The notes beneath the pieces are model-generated. The model worked only from the letters and a program-made list of their open reading frames with translations, did no database searches and had not been told where the DNA came from. A stretch of 64,000 nucleotides of DNA from Phoronis australis. Lineage: Eukaryota; Animalia; Phoronida. The stretch is taken from contig NMRA01000031.1 in the NCBI GenBank assembly GCA_002633005.1, positions 1,025,004 to 1,089,003 on the forward strand, written 5' to 3'. Shown here piece after piece: positions 49,109 through 62,700 of this stretch; the first letter of the stretch is position 1, and each line of letters opens with the position of its first letter. The position numbers were made by a program, and so were the translations under genes.

Positions 49109-52100
49109 TTACTTCTTGTTCTTTTTCTCTTCCTGAAAAACAAAGTTAACAGTGGATGAACACTCGCTGTACATGATTATTTTTAGATGAAAATTCCACC
49201 AAATACATGTATGCCCCAGGCAAGTCGCTTGCAGTTTGCTGTGTATCTTACTAATGCAGTAGTAGTGACACGCAAATGTGCAATTTGTATACGCACAACG
49301 TTGACGCGCAGTTGAAAGGACATTTCAAAAGTCGTTCGTCAAAACCGAAAAGCGGATTGACAAAACTTGTTCATAGAGTTGAGAGTTTATCATGACAAGA
49401 AAACGTGAAACTGATGTTGGAATGGCAATGATTTAAATTCAAACTGATGAGTAATTTCCAGTTAGTTTCATGCCACTCTCACTCAAAACATGACGTGTCT
49501 CGATGAGGGTAGTCTCCGCAGCATTCTGAACTGCTTTCTATGAGCCCCGTGAAACATTCAATGCGTGAAACAACGAGCCCTAAAATGAGAGTCTCTGCAC
49601 TATACTTAATATCGCCACCAATTTTCCGAAGAACAAAAGCCCTTAAAAGCTGAATTTCGCCAAGTTTAGCTGGCTAAAACCAAAAATGGAATTGGGTCTT
49701 TCACAGAACCAGTCTCGTAATGGACCTTGCCGTGATAGAATTCTTTTTTGTTCATAATTAGAACACCGAATTCATCAACGACATGGAATATATTTCAATT
49801 TATTGGGGATGTCCATTCAAAAATGGCTCGTATACACACTGTCTGTTGAGGTTGGCTGTTCAACAATGGCGCATATATGCACTGCATGCAAAGGAAATGT
49901 AATCCTATCACCGTAAAAATAGTATTGAAACCAACAATACGGGAGCAAAAGATCTTAATCGAATTTCATTTGTAGCCAACTAAGAAGGATACATGAGCAA
50001 GGTGTCCCACTTACCTTGGACGCCAACAGAATCATGATGCGTCGGAATATCTGGATGAAGTCAATGAACAGGTCGACAGAGTGCCTGCGAAATACAGCAG
50101 ATATGGTCACTGTCTTGGCTCGTGCCAACATCGTGGAATGTTTAAGGTCAACTAGCAAGTGCATGGGTATGAAAACACGGAAGATCAACAATGACATTCA
50201 ACGGTGAATCTTTATGCATTTGCTAATAATGTTGTTTGTCATTTTTCTAGCACAAATGTCATAAGACATACAAATTTGAAACGGCATGCCAAATCACATC
50301 ACTCAAAGGGTGAGAAATTTAAGCGGAGTCATTTCATGTTTCATCAAATAACTTAATCTTAACTTTCTACATGAAATCGAACAGCTGTGACATACATGGA
50401 CAATTTAATTCAAAAAAATAAATTTCTTTATTTCAAAAACTCTTTTACCCGCGACTGCGGAATTAAGGTTTTGACGAGATGTGGCTGACCTTAACATCCC
50501 TTTGAAGTGGTGGTGATATACTAACAACATTTCTAAAATTTATTGGTCTTTACACCAACCTCCTAATGTAAACAGACTGGAGGTTGGAGTAAATAGACCA
50601 AGACATTTTAGCAATATTACAGTTCAATACTTCAGAATCAAACAAGACTTGCCAGATAAAGTCATCGTCTCCACGTCTCTTCTTCTCAACTATCAGCTGC
50701 GTGTCATACAGCACAAATCCGCAGAACATGAACAGTCCGAGGTACAGCTCCACCTGTAGGCAAATTTATCATGTCTATCAAAATACGCGCTTGCAACTCG
50801 CATTGTTTCAAATTTATCATGTACCGTATTCGCCGTAATAACTGCCCAGGGCGCTTAGAAAAGTTCGTTTCAGGGGGGACGCTTATTATAACGCAAGGCC
50901 ATTGAAACCCGGTCTCCGAAACGAGTGAAATCGGAAGCTAAGATACATCATATTTATGCTCTGTGATGTATCTTTAATCTATGAAAGACTTTCTACAAAA
51001 CCGTGGTGCGTTGCTATCAAACTTTGCTGCTAAATTATGATCATTTTACAGAAAATTGTGCTGAAATCCCAGGGCGAAAACTCGCCGACTGCCTGCCTCG
51101 CTATCATTGATATGGCGACTTGAATGCTTGAATAAAAATAGTTTCGACTCAAGCAAATTACCTGAAATCCTCCTGAAGTTTTCCAAGAAGCGTCCCTAAG
51201 ATTTTTTCAAGTTCCCGTGGAGTCGGGATCACAGCAGATTTAAGTACAAATCTGTGTAACATCGTACCATCTACATGTATGATCAGCAACATGAGAAATA
51301 TGTCTGGCCAGAACACACATGTTGTTGTCAAGGCGTGACGTTTGTTTTGAAGTTCGTCTGCGTTTGTGAGTAAGCGAGCGTGTGCGTGTCACCAGAGTTC
51401 ATTTGACAAAGCAGAGACCGTCTTTTGGCCAGAGCCACGCAATCTAACGAGCTAGATGTGCATTGTATCTAAAGAAATTTGCACAAGCAGTAGGCCTAAA
51501 CCAGAGCGTGTTTCAGTCAGCACTTGCCGGTCTAATGTGCTAACAACGTTCGACATTTGTCTCGGTAAGGCCATATTAGTCGCCGTGATTACTAATATGT
51601 GACTATCTAACAGTTATTTTTCGGTGTAAGGATGTGTAAGTATTCACTGCCAGTTGTCATTTTATCTGATATTTGGCTTAAAAATACCAATTATGGTTCA
51701 TCAAACAATTCATCTTAAAAATAACGCTAACATTTTTTATAGTATTAGAAACTATCGGAAATTAGTGCCAATATTCATTTCTTGCCGATGCTGTGCTACC
51801 TGTTTCATGAATGGATAGTTCCCGACTAATGTCTTTGATGACAGGTTCATGTATGTAGCGTGCACTTCTTGGCCACGTGCTTTTAACACTGGCCAAGCTT
51901 TTTATTAGTCTTCAATTGATTCGTGGTTTTCACGTGTACAAAGAAATTTGGATTCATGTTGAAAGCGGGAAATATCTACCAAGCAATCCCGTAGACAAGT
52001 ACACTACTTCTGTTCTGAAAGGCCAGACCATTGGTCCTCGCAAGATCAGCAGAACTTTTGTGTTCGTTTTGAGGCATGGCGGAAGTTTGAAGTGTATAGT

Positions 52101-55100
52101 CACGGCTAAATACCGACATAGCGGCGAAGCTCGTGGTCTACAAATTCTGCGCACAATGATTTTTTCAGGACTGTCGGATATTATCGATAAATTGAAGACG
52201 TTACTGTAGAATTTTAGGACTGTAGGTAAGGCATTTTTCGCACGTACATGCTCATGGACTGGGCGCTTATTTTAGCAAAGTCTGAAAACGCGTGGGGGGC
52301 TTATAGGGGCATGGGCGGTTATTACGGCGAATTCGGTATATCAAAACGTGTGCTAGCAACTCGCATGGTGTTTCAAATTTATCATGTATATCAAAACACG
52401 TGCTTGCAACTCACATTGTGTTTCAATTTTCCTCAAGTGCTCTACAACATTTCAAGTATGCAGTCGACATCTTTCACATCAATGCAAAACAACACAACGC
52501 TTACCACGTGTCCCCCTGCAAATGGGAACTGCACACACAATCTCACTTTTAAGCTGACCTCAAACACGCCTCATACACATTTCCATGAAGCTCACCTGCC
52601 AGAGGATGTAAGATCGTAAGAACAGGTTGACCAGTCCTCCCAACAGTAACATGTTCAACATTGAGAACAGAGTTCCTGGAATGGAAAGCATGGACTAGAC
52701 ATAACACACGCGTCGCGACAAAAATCGTTTACCCAACAGTGAAAACATTTCATATTGTAGGCTGTAATTTGAACTCAGTCTCATCTCAGTAAGCAACACT
52801 CATGCACAGCCCGACATCAGGATTCAGACCAGGCAGTCACTAAGGGTTTACAATTTACATGATTTAAGAATTTCTGGTCAAAATTTTCTAAGGATGATGA
52901 TGCAGCTGGTGACACAAGACTAAACAGATCTTACCGCCAAGATATAGCCACTTCCTGTCAGGACTCAACAGTGAGCTGATTGTGAAGGATCCAAAGATGA
53001 CACAAGAGACCAAGAATGCAGTTGGGATGATTCTGCAACAAAAAAACACATGCCTACAAAGCGCACAAGCTGTATGTATACTGAGTAAACACAAACGAGC
53101 TGGATCAAATAATCCTCATTATTGAACCGACAGTTTCTATACTAAATATGTGCGTACTTTCACCTAGGCATGCATAATCAAAATAACGCACTTTCCTTGA
53201 AACAAGTTATGCTCAAGTTCTTCTCACACATGCGCCTGAACTCCATGCAGAGGCCTAGTTGGCTATCCGTTGTGTGCATGGCTTCAATGGTGTGTTTCCT
53301 CTTTTTTCCATTCTTTGATCTTTTTGAATTAAAAATATTTAACGAATGAATTGAATACACAACAACATCTTTGTAACTGCTAAACCTAGTTTCACCCGCA
53401 TGCTACTTGAAACTTGCTTACATGGAGCCTGTAGGCGTATGCATTTGATTCCTTGATGGGGGTGTAGCTTCGCAAATAGACTTACTTATAGATCTAACTA
53501 CACACATATAGAGGTCAGCTCCAGCATTGAACCAACAATACAAGACATTAACCCAAACGAAACATCGACACTGGATCTTATGGATGCTGGAATCAACATG
53601 CCCATGGTTTATGCTTACATTTTTTGAACTAAGTTCCAACTAATCGCTTGTGGAAACAGCCCGACCAAGCAAGACCAAGACAATTGACCAAGCCCACACT
53701 GGCGACGGAAGATATTGGGAATAAGATATTTTGGTTTTAGGAATGGAAAAACTCCTGCAGCGTAACTTCCAACATGGCCTAGCTTTAATGAACTGCAAAC
53801 ATGCCACCCACAAACTGACACCACCTTTCAGATATGTGTGTGTAAAGATATGTGTGTGTAAACAGAAGTTCACAAGGTGCAAATGGACACCTGTTGTGTG
53901 GACGATCATTTTTCCCACACACGTCTAAATGCAGAGTGGTATCAAGTCAGAAGCAATTTTGTACGAGTGCAACAGAGTACCCTAAGATAGTCAGTGCAAG
54001 CTGGAGCGTGTAACTTGTTGTAAATTGTGTTGACATAGTTTACGAAGATGCCAAGTAAACAGGAGCTGACATGGACCATCTAGGTCATTTCACCTTGATC
54101 TCACTGGTGCAAATATCATCATGTAAACGCAGTACTAGCGTACGAACCTTGGGTTGAGACGGATGACATTGTCCATCAGTGGACCCAGGGACATACCAGT
54201 AGTAGTGGCGAACCCAAGTAGCATGGCGAACCGCTGACCTCTCTTGTCTCTACTGTTGGGTGTAAGACCCAACCAAATCAGCAGGCCAATGCCAGCAATC
54301 ATGGGCAGGAACCCGTACTGAAGAAATAAAACAGCTAGCAATAAAAAAGTGATGCTCAAACTTGCTAAATTAACAGCAAATAGATTCACAAAGTAAATCA
54401 CACGACACTGAAAACTTGGTGGTGATTGTATCCACTCAGTTTTTCATGTTATCAAAATTCAGATAATTACACACTCATGACTTCAACGTGAACTCGGTAA
54501 AATGATAAAAACCAGGACATTGTTACAGTTATCAGGTATTGAATCAGGCCTTAGTGGTTTAAGCTTTTTATCTTCACTGTTGTATAAGTCCTTAATGGTG
54601 TTTCCCAATTCATCACTGGTATATCATGAACAGTATTTTAAATTCTAAAAATTCACAAAGACTATAAAAGACATACAAAATTGTAACTAAAACCATCAAT
54701 TTGACCTCACAAACCCAGCTTCTCTCGTTAGACACTGCGAGTTAGTACTGTCTATGGAACAATAGAACATGGCATATATGGTTTACAAGGGGTCTGAATT
54801 TTGTTTCTGAATTCACTGTCACTGCGTAAACACGGATGACCTTCAGACTGTATTCAATAGGGAGGAGGACATTCTGTTTCCTGAATGGAAGTGAATGTAG
54901 AACCAAGATGTGGACCCTTTGCCAAAACGTTTGCATCACTTTCCATTATTCAATGGATGATTACATGTGGGAGAAATAGTAATTACACAGAAAATCTATT
55001 TCTACTAATATAACCAGGAATTTGTACTTAACAATAAGCATAACATCAAAAATAGTTCTTTTGCAATTACAATAGATTCTACTCCTTTGCAAAGACACTA

Positions 55101-56402
55101 AAGCACGCAAAAGCAAGCTTGAATGATGATCACCTCAAAGATGCGATACAAATGAAGGTAAGCCCCAGCGGTTGCTGCTAACATGCATGCTGCTAGGCAA
55201 CTGTAGACACTGCGCAGGTGGCGCTGTACTGGTTTCTCCCTGCAAATAAACAAGACCATCTGAAATCTTCTCATAAGTTAAATGAATTGCAACTGTACAC
55301 AAACTTTGCAAACTTAAATCTGCAGCAGCTACAAGCCTGCCATCTACAAAGGATAACAAAACATGGATTTTTTCGAAACTCGCAGTGTCCAGTCCAGGGA
55401 CTGACCAGGCTGTGAAATGCATCGCAAGGCGACAACGTAGGAGCTTGTCACACTGGCAGCTTACGCTTATTATTCAAATTCAATTTTGGTCTGTTCGCCA
55501 GCTGAGGTTGCCTCAAAGTCCACCCAACCGACTGGTAACATTAGGGTGGTGACCTCCCGGCCACAGGCCTGCCTTTTGCAGAACTGAGAGGTCCTTCTGA
55601 AACCGGTAACAACTGCTGATAAACGGAGCTTTTCTCTCAATAGAAAAAAATTTCAAAGGCCCATTACTGAAAGCAGTGCCAGCAGGTACGTGGACAGTGA
55701 CGTGTGCATGGAATTGAGTTTTGAACAGGTATCTTCAGTGAAGTGAATTGTTACCGTTTAAATGCCAATTTTTTTCCTTTTTGCATTCTACCCTATATCG
55801 TGCAACTGTTGCGAAGTGTTGCATCCTCTATCAAAAACTTTTAGTCTCATGACCTATTTTCTTTCAGGTGAAATCATTCGAAATCCCATGAAAATATATG
55901 TTTTATTACAATGAGTGAGCTTCTCTAGAAATACCACATAATGAACATGGATGTTAAGATGGTGTCGAAAATACACTTTTGCTACTTACATTGTTGAGAA
56001 AATTTTTTGCAAAGCTCCCGTACAAGAACATAAGCTTTTTCGCTTATTTACTTCCTTATGCAAAGAGTTTGAAACTGGTGTACTACCTGAATTTTTTCAA
56101 AAAAATTAAAAGTAAAATTGTACGCTGCAAGTACAAGATGAAAATTCCAATTCATAACAAACGAATGATGTCAATAAATTAATGATGAAATGAATTATGA
56201 AATGTTTCTAAGAACACGTCAGCATTAACTGTTTCAATGTCGAACAATTAATTCCACCTAGGACGAGTATACCTTAGAACAAAAAGAAACATGAATATGC
56301 CAGATATAAACGACACAAGTCAACAGACAATGACACATACAAACTGTCGAATGTCAACAGTTTTCTGAGGTTGTCTCCTTCCCAAAATCCAGCTGCTGCC
56401 AT
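49109..56402 (-). CDS. TMBIM6: Bax inhibitor-1, 8 exons, 236 aa
   Basis: Minus-strand exons 56402-56341, 55239-55134, 54317-54148, 53032-52935, 52675-52596, 50753-50653, 50084-50015, 49132-49109 total 711 nt. Motifs VQRHLRSVYSCL, GFVLYDTQLIVEK...DDFIWHSVDLFIDF and a Lys-rich tail EEKKNKK*. Confidence 0.97.
50824..52336 (+). mobile_element. pogo/Tigger-like element (1513 bp) in TMBIM6 intron 5
   Basis: TA|ccgtattcgccgtaataactgccc ... gggcggttattacggcgaattcgg|TA. It is inserted inside a ~50-bp minisatellite (50761-50823 and 52337-52430). Confidence 0.88.
51877..52209 (+). pseudogene. HIRAN-like small ORF carried by the transposon (probably decayed)
   Basis: IRGFHVYKEIW...NPVDKY...PRKISRTFVFVLRHGGSLKCIVT...GLQI...FSG resembles, from recall, the metazoan VRGYHVYK..W/NPHDRYAVAV/GHVPR..S/GGLEIPC HIRAN-like family. 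Several conserved blocks are deleted. Confidence 0.65.
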
Positions 56403-56742
56403 CTTGATTTCGTTGCTGGTTTTGCTTTTGAAGGTCAAGGTTAGGGCTGGGGCATTTTACGACAATAACAATATTTCAAATTCTGATAGAAAAATATTAC
56501 ACCTCAAAACGCACACTTTTGTCAGTCAAAATAAACAGTATATATTCAAAGTTCTTATAACATGCTAATATGTTTTTGTTAACTAAATGGTGTAATGTCG
56601 TAAAGTAGTTCATGACGTAAATCGAGCATTCATTTCAGTTTTAGGTACTCGTGATCGAGGTAACGTCGTGCGAAGAGGTGTACTTAACTGAATGATTGTT
56701 TTCTGTTGTATTGTACGTCGTGTCTAGGTGATTTATAATGCC
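56403..56742. promoter_or_regulatory. Short bidirectional promoter region (TMBIM6 / signal-peptide gene)
   Basis: Divergent ATGs 340 bp apart, a CRE/ATF-like tgacgtaa at 56613, and a probable 5' UTR intron at 56660-56727 on +. Confidence 0.55.
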
Positions 56743-59700
56743 ATGGCATCATCGCCTGTGCTCCTAGTTTTGTCAGGAGTTTTGTTCGTATTTCTCACTT
56801 GTGGTAAGTTAAGCACGTTTTGACTTTTAACAAAGTTTGGTCGTGTCGTCAGAGTTGTAGTTGTGAGTTGTGTCAATGGGCGAGTAAACACGTGAATGCT
56901 GTCCGTTAATACAGTGCTGTGTGAATCTAGTGAAAACTCGAACTGGGAACGAAGAGCATGTTTTTCACCGTCAAACTAGTTCACGCAACTAGAACAAGCA
57001 TAAAAGAGTCGGTCATGAAAGTTTCAATAATTTCCTAAGAAACAATTTAGCCAGGCCTCTCACTTAGACCTTCTGGAATTGTATTGAAAATCTGGGGCAT
57101 TAAGTTTGTTTATTTACATAATTGTCTGGCTAGTAGATTATTAAGTTGTTGACGTAGCTCCTGTTCAGTAACGCTAGGACCTCGCTTAAAAGCAAGACTT
57201 CGCGAGATTACATGAGACATTGCCATGTATTTTTAATGAGAGCATGTGACGTGGACTAGATTTTAGTTAGGACTTAGCGTAGGTCCTAGCATTACTGAAC
57301 GCCGGCCAGGGCTCCCTGTTGTGAATTTCTGGTTCCGGGTGTGACAAACAGTTGAATGAAAGGATCCTTGAAGCTCGTTAATACCAGTGGACAATTGCTT
57401 GTTGACAAATCCATATCGATGCTCGACTTACACGCAGATAACCTGTGTTAGTTGAGGACAGGTGGTCTTCTACAATGGTGCTCATCTGAGCATAGGTAAG
57501 ATCCCAGATCCACGATCCAGAGACGCACACACAATCGAGCTCACCCAGATGTACTCCCAACCCAGCAAAGTGTTCCTGAGGGCAAATTCGAGGATGCCAC
57601 CAAGGATGATCTACAATCTAATGCCTGGCGGCGCACTCCCCACTCTGCGCAATTGAGATGAGGCAGTTTAATAGGCCTCTCTAAGTTGCTCGCCAATGGG
57701 CAATTGTTCTTTGGCCAATTGTTTTGGACGCTCTACTTGTACATGGTTGGTTTGTGTTCAACACCGGCTGTTGTTAGATATATCTCTGTTCATATTGTCT
57801 CTGTTCCCACTTGGTCTTTGTAAATTTTTGCAGTAGTATTTACAGTGAAATGTCCGCAGTCCTCTGTCTCCTTGCAGATAGTTCTGTTGCTGNCCACTCC
57901 ATGCAGCACACACCAACCAGTCCCTGCAGCACATGCCAACCACTCCATGCAGCACATACCAACCACTGCCTGCAGCACACACCAACCACCAAAGTGTACA
58001 CACAATAATCTTTTACATAACATCAAATTCTTGATTTGTAGTTATGAAACGTAATGTGAAATTTAAGATACGATTATTTTGTTTATACTTCAACATAAAT
58101 AATTCAGATGTTCCATTTTATTTGATTTAGATAACAAAGTGAAACATCAAAGTAAAAATTATTTTCATATACTAAATGAGAAAGTGCATATTTTACCAGG
58201 ATAATAATTGGTGATCCGTGCAAAAATTCTATACGTATTTGCAATACAAGGAATGAAGAATGATATGTAACACCATTCTGTGTGATAAACTCCGTCTAAG
58301 TGAGACTACGAGGGCGGTTATCATTGTCACCCTTTTTAATCACCCACAGTATTCAAATGGTTACTCTGCTCTGCTATGCCAAATGTGTTTTGGCAAAATC
58401 CTTAAGGCTACTAGTACTTCTGTGACTGTTGCAGTTGACTATCGATTTGTTGTAAATTGGCAGAGTTGTCTCCCATATCAGGTACTGTGTAGCGATATGA
58501 ACTTATTCTGTGTGAATGATAATTCAGCCATACTAAGTCCATTGTGCGGTTTTCTACATTTTGGTGACACTGGTGTTCAGAAATTTCTGGATGAAGTTGG
58601 ATTTGTAATCCCATTTCAAATTGAAGGGAGCAACCAGTATAATTTCAAATGAAAATGTTGGCATGCCTCTGTTTTTTTTTTTGGTCATGAAATCCAGGGC
58701 TTCTTGCCCCTCCCCTCTCTTCAGTTGTTAGTTTTTATAGTAGTAGACAGATTTTCATAGTGACTTTTTGTTTATTCATTATCTTGTAGAAATTTAAGTT
58801 AATGCACTGTCCACTTAAATTGGAGAACCTGGAAATGAGTGCTTCAATTAATTGGGAGGTGAATGTTCACCCGAACGAAGGTGCTTGACCTGATCTGAAC
58901 TGGACTGTAACTCTGGTCACCTATTACATTCAAACTAAGTACACACATCCATTGTTCAAAGAATTTGCCGCAAGACTAGGTGGCGACGCTGAATAAGAAT
59001 CAGCGAGTGGTTAAGCGTACAGCTTGAGACAGGAGAAAATTGATAGAGAAATTTTCTTCCAAAATTCTTGGACTGATCTGTGTTATGAGAGTCACTGGAG
59101 GATGCAAGTCATTACAAACTGCATCCTTTTGTTCACAGTTCAAATTTTCCAACTAAAATATATCTGGTCAAAAACTTCTGCGAAGTTGTATGACGTATTG
59201 ATGAACAGCAACATCACATGCAGCATAACATCTAAAAGGTTTATCTGAATGCAGTCAACATTTCTGAGAAATGATATTAGTCAAGGTTGGAAATTCTGCT
59301 GTCCTCCATAACCTTAGTTCTTTTTTGATCACCTTATGAATTTAGCCAATGAACAGCACATCTAAATTGCCAGTACACACAGTGTGAATATATTTTTGGG
59401 ACACCCTACGTATACCGTATGCTGTACTTCCAGCATGTACTTCTGCTATCTGCTGCCATGCCAGTGACACTATTTTGTATCAAAACCATTAAGACATTCA
59501 CTAGGATAATATGGGTCGATCTACCCGTAGAACCTCGTATTTGTGAATCAAGACAATAAGTTATACCTGCATGCTGATTGTGAGGGAAAATGAAGGCTTG
59601 ATATGATTGCTACATGTTTGTTTTAAACATATTGGCCTTCAGCAAACTGGGAAAGGGCTCCACTGACCTCGACTTTGTCAGGGTATGTGGATGACCAGGT

Positions 59701-62700
59701 TATGAATTGATAACATAAAAAATGATTTTGTGCTTCCAAATTCACCAGTGATTTGGTTATGGTGGTGCGGTGTCCATGTGGGCATATTAATTTACAATGC
59801 AACTAAAGACACTTCCCAAGTCCCCATACAGGAACTGAGGTCGGCGAACCCTCACCTGAAGGGGAAAACCAGCATGTGTCCGCCGATGTGCCTGAGGTCG
59901 CACTGACTGCTTTTCGCTCAAACAGAGAATTAGCAGTGTATTGTGTGCTTGGTGACGAATAATTTTCCTTGGGTCCCGTAACCCACACACAGGCTCGCCT
60001 GAAGCAGTTGGACACGATCAGGCCCTTTTGATTTTGACTTTTATCCGTTTTCTTCCTGTAGTATGTGGTATGACGAGCTCGTGGCAATTTAGGATTCTTA
60101 CCAGATAGCCTAACAAAAGCTGAGGAAACATTAGTGACCTGTAGGTTGCCAAATCGATCATTACTTTATTAATGACAGGAAGCAAATTCTGTGAGGTCTT
60201 TCCACAGTCACAGTGGTAACATTTTGAAAACTTGTTCTGTCTTCATTTCTAAAATCTATTGACCTATTTACACAAACTTTTAGCTTAATGGGCATGTCGC
60301 ATGTTGAGTCGGTTCGTCATTCTTTGGAGAATTATCACAGGTCATGGTTCACTCAGATCAAATGTTACTACATCACAACTCCAAAGTGGTTCCATGCTTT
60401 CCCCTACCTTCTGTGAATTGGAAAGTTCAGTTCAAGGTAGTGATTTCAGAATTACACAGGTTATGGAATGCATTGTAAATTAGCTGTTGAGGTCTGCTTT
60501 CGAAAGTTCCATCACGTGTTTTACATCAACAGTTTGCTTTTACTGGGGAAAGATTGTATCAGTATATTGTAAACATTCCCTTTTCCTGTTAGTAAGTTTG
60601 CCAGCAGTACATAACGTGTTATTTTTGATGTCTGTGTAATCGTCATTTGTCTAAAATGTGATAACGACTGGCCTTACTATAATTTGTTCTTGCCTTAATA
60701 TGACTAGAAGTGATATTTAGGATGCTGTTTCAGGAAATTCAGTTAAGACTTCACAGCAATGTGGTCTTACACACCGCGCTAGCCTTGGTACAAAGCTGTA
60801 TACTAAAGATACAGCTTTGTGCCGATGTGGGTAAAAAAGTGGTAAAATAAATCTGACACAAATTTAGTGTCCTTACAAACTACAGTCTTCCTTGAGTTAA
60901 CTAAATTATTTAACGGTGTTGGAAAAAATGGCGTTCTACCGTTAGTCTGCTGCTAAAGTTGATGAGCGATCTTCTGCATCGGCTTTTGGCGCCATGAAAT
61001 GTGGCGTCACCTATTGGCCAGTTTGTTTTTCAACGATTTTTCAATCAACTTGTTCTTTCACGAGATTGCATACACGTCACAACAAATTATTGGAAGATTA
61101 TGAGTTTTTATGCGCCCACATATTTATATTTAGAATTTCGATACCGGAATACCGAATTTCAGAACAAATTTTGCTGCTGCGAAGCTGTCGCAAAAAATGT
61201 AGGAAATGGCACGTGTGCGTAACACTAGCGTACTGCTTTCAAAACGACAATATACTTTTCATTGTTACAAAAGGTCGAGAATGACGCAAGAAAATGACGT
61301 TTGTTGCATTGTTTTTCACTCTAATGGTTGAAACGAGCAAGGTGAGTGTCGGTTGATTCCCAGATTTTGCATGCACACCGTCCGGTCTTTAGCTCTACAT
61401 TTTGATGCAGGTTTCATGGCGAGATGACCAGCAGAACTACCATGGCTTTGTGCAATTTAGGGGTCTATGGAAGAAAAACACACAGTGGTACCTAGCTGTA
61501 TTTTGACGATAAGTCTTCATACAGCTAGCTGGATGGCTAACACCATGCCCACTTGACAGATGCTGAAATAAGTTTAGCCTAGTTATTATCTCAGTGTAGA
61601 AATAATTTGATAAATTATCAAGTGAGCCCTAAGTCTCAAGTTGCTTTTCACGAAACATACCCCTAGCTAGGTTGACTTTCACGAAACATACGGTTACCCA
61701 TACCTTGGGTGACTTTCACGAAACATACCCCTAGCTAGGGTGACTTTCAGGAAACATACCCCTAGCTAGGGTGACTTTCACGAAACGTACCCCTAGCTAG
61801 AGTGACTTTCACGAAACGTACCCCTAGCTAGGGTGACTTTCACGAAACATACCCCTAGCTAGGGTGACTTTCACGAAACATATCCCTACCTAGGGTGACT
61901 TTCACGAAACATACCCCTAGCTAGGGTGACTTTCACGAAACTTACCCCTAGCTAGGGTGACTTGCACGAGACGTTCCCCTAGCTACAGTGCGTTTCATGA
62001 GAAATAATTAAAACCCTTTCAACACCGCAGACCACTTAAGCGGTCTCTGAAATTTATCGGTCTCACGACATGCCGAACTTCAAGCAACAGCATAGTATAG
62101 TTGATTGGTTGATTGAGGGAATTCTTTTGTGTACATCACAAATTTAAATATAGACTTACCTTCATTTTTAAAAGCTTTTCTGATTCTTTGTTGAGATGTA
62201 ACGTGAGTTATTGAAGGGGTTTTCCAAGAATTTATGGATGACTCATGAAAACAAAATGTCGGCCGACGGCGATTCAGATGTAGACTTTTCAGATGACGAA
62301 ATTGGCAATAATTTGTATGCTTTTTACTTAATTAATATACGAGTTAAACCAAAAAGGAATTCTTATGTATCTGACCAGATTTTGTTGGCTGTGACGACAA
62401 AGAAGTTGAATTTCATGGCTTTGAACCGGAGGAAAACTTTACAGGTTGTGAATTTTGCAATAGGGTCAAACAAACACCATGAACTCCGACAACTTCGCAA
62501 ATTTTCTGAACATGTGGAGTCTTCTAGAGTGTACGATTTTTCTGAAAGGAAGTTGAGTACTTTCAAAATTTCTATATCGATGAAATATTCGGTGAAATTG
62601 TCAGGATAATTAATTTGAATGCCCAAACGAAGCGCGAGTCACAACTGGACGTGGACAAATTTGAATCGCTGAACTTAACGATTGCCGAATTTTCACTTTA

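Noticed and set aside
61646-61998. CRISPR-like 31-bp palindromic repeats
   Set aside because: Units are head-to-tail with no unique spacers, there are no cas genes, and the context is eukaryotic.
62211-62609. 132-aa ORF with an acidic start (MSADGDSDVDFSDDE)
   Set aside because: Possibly a transposon remnant, but there is no identifiable domain or element boundary.
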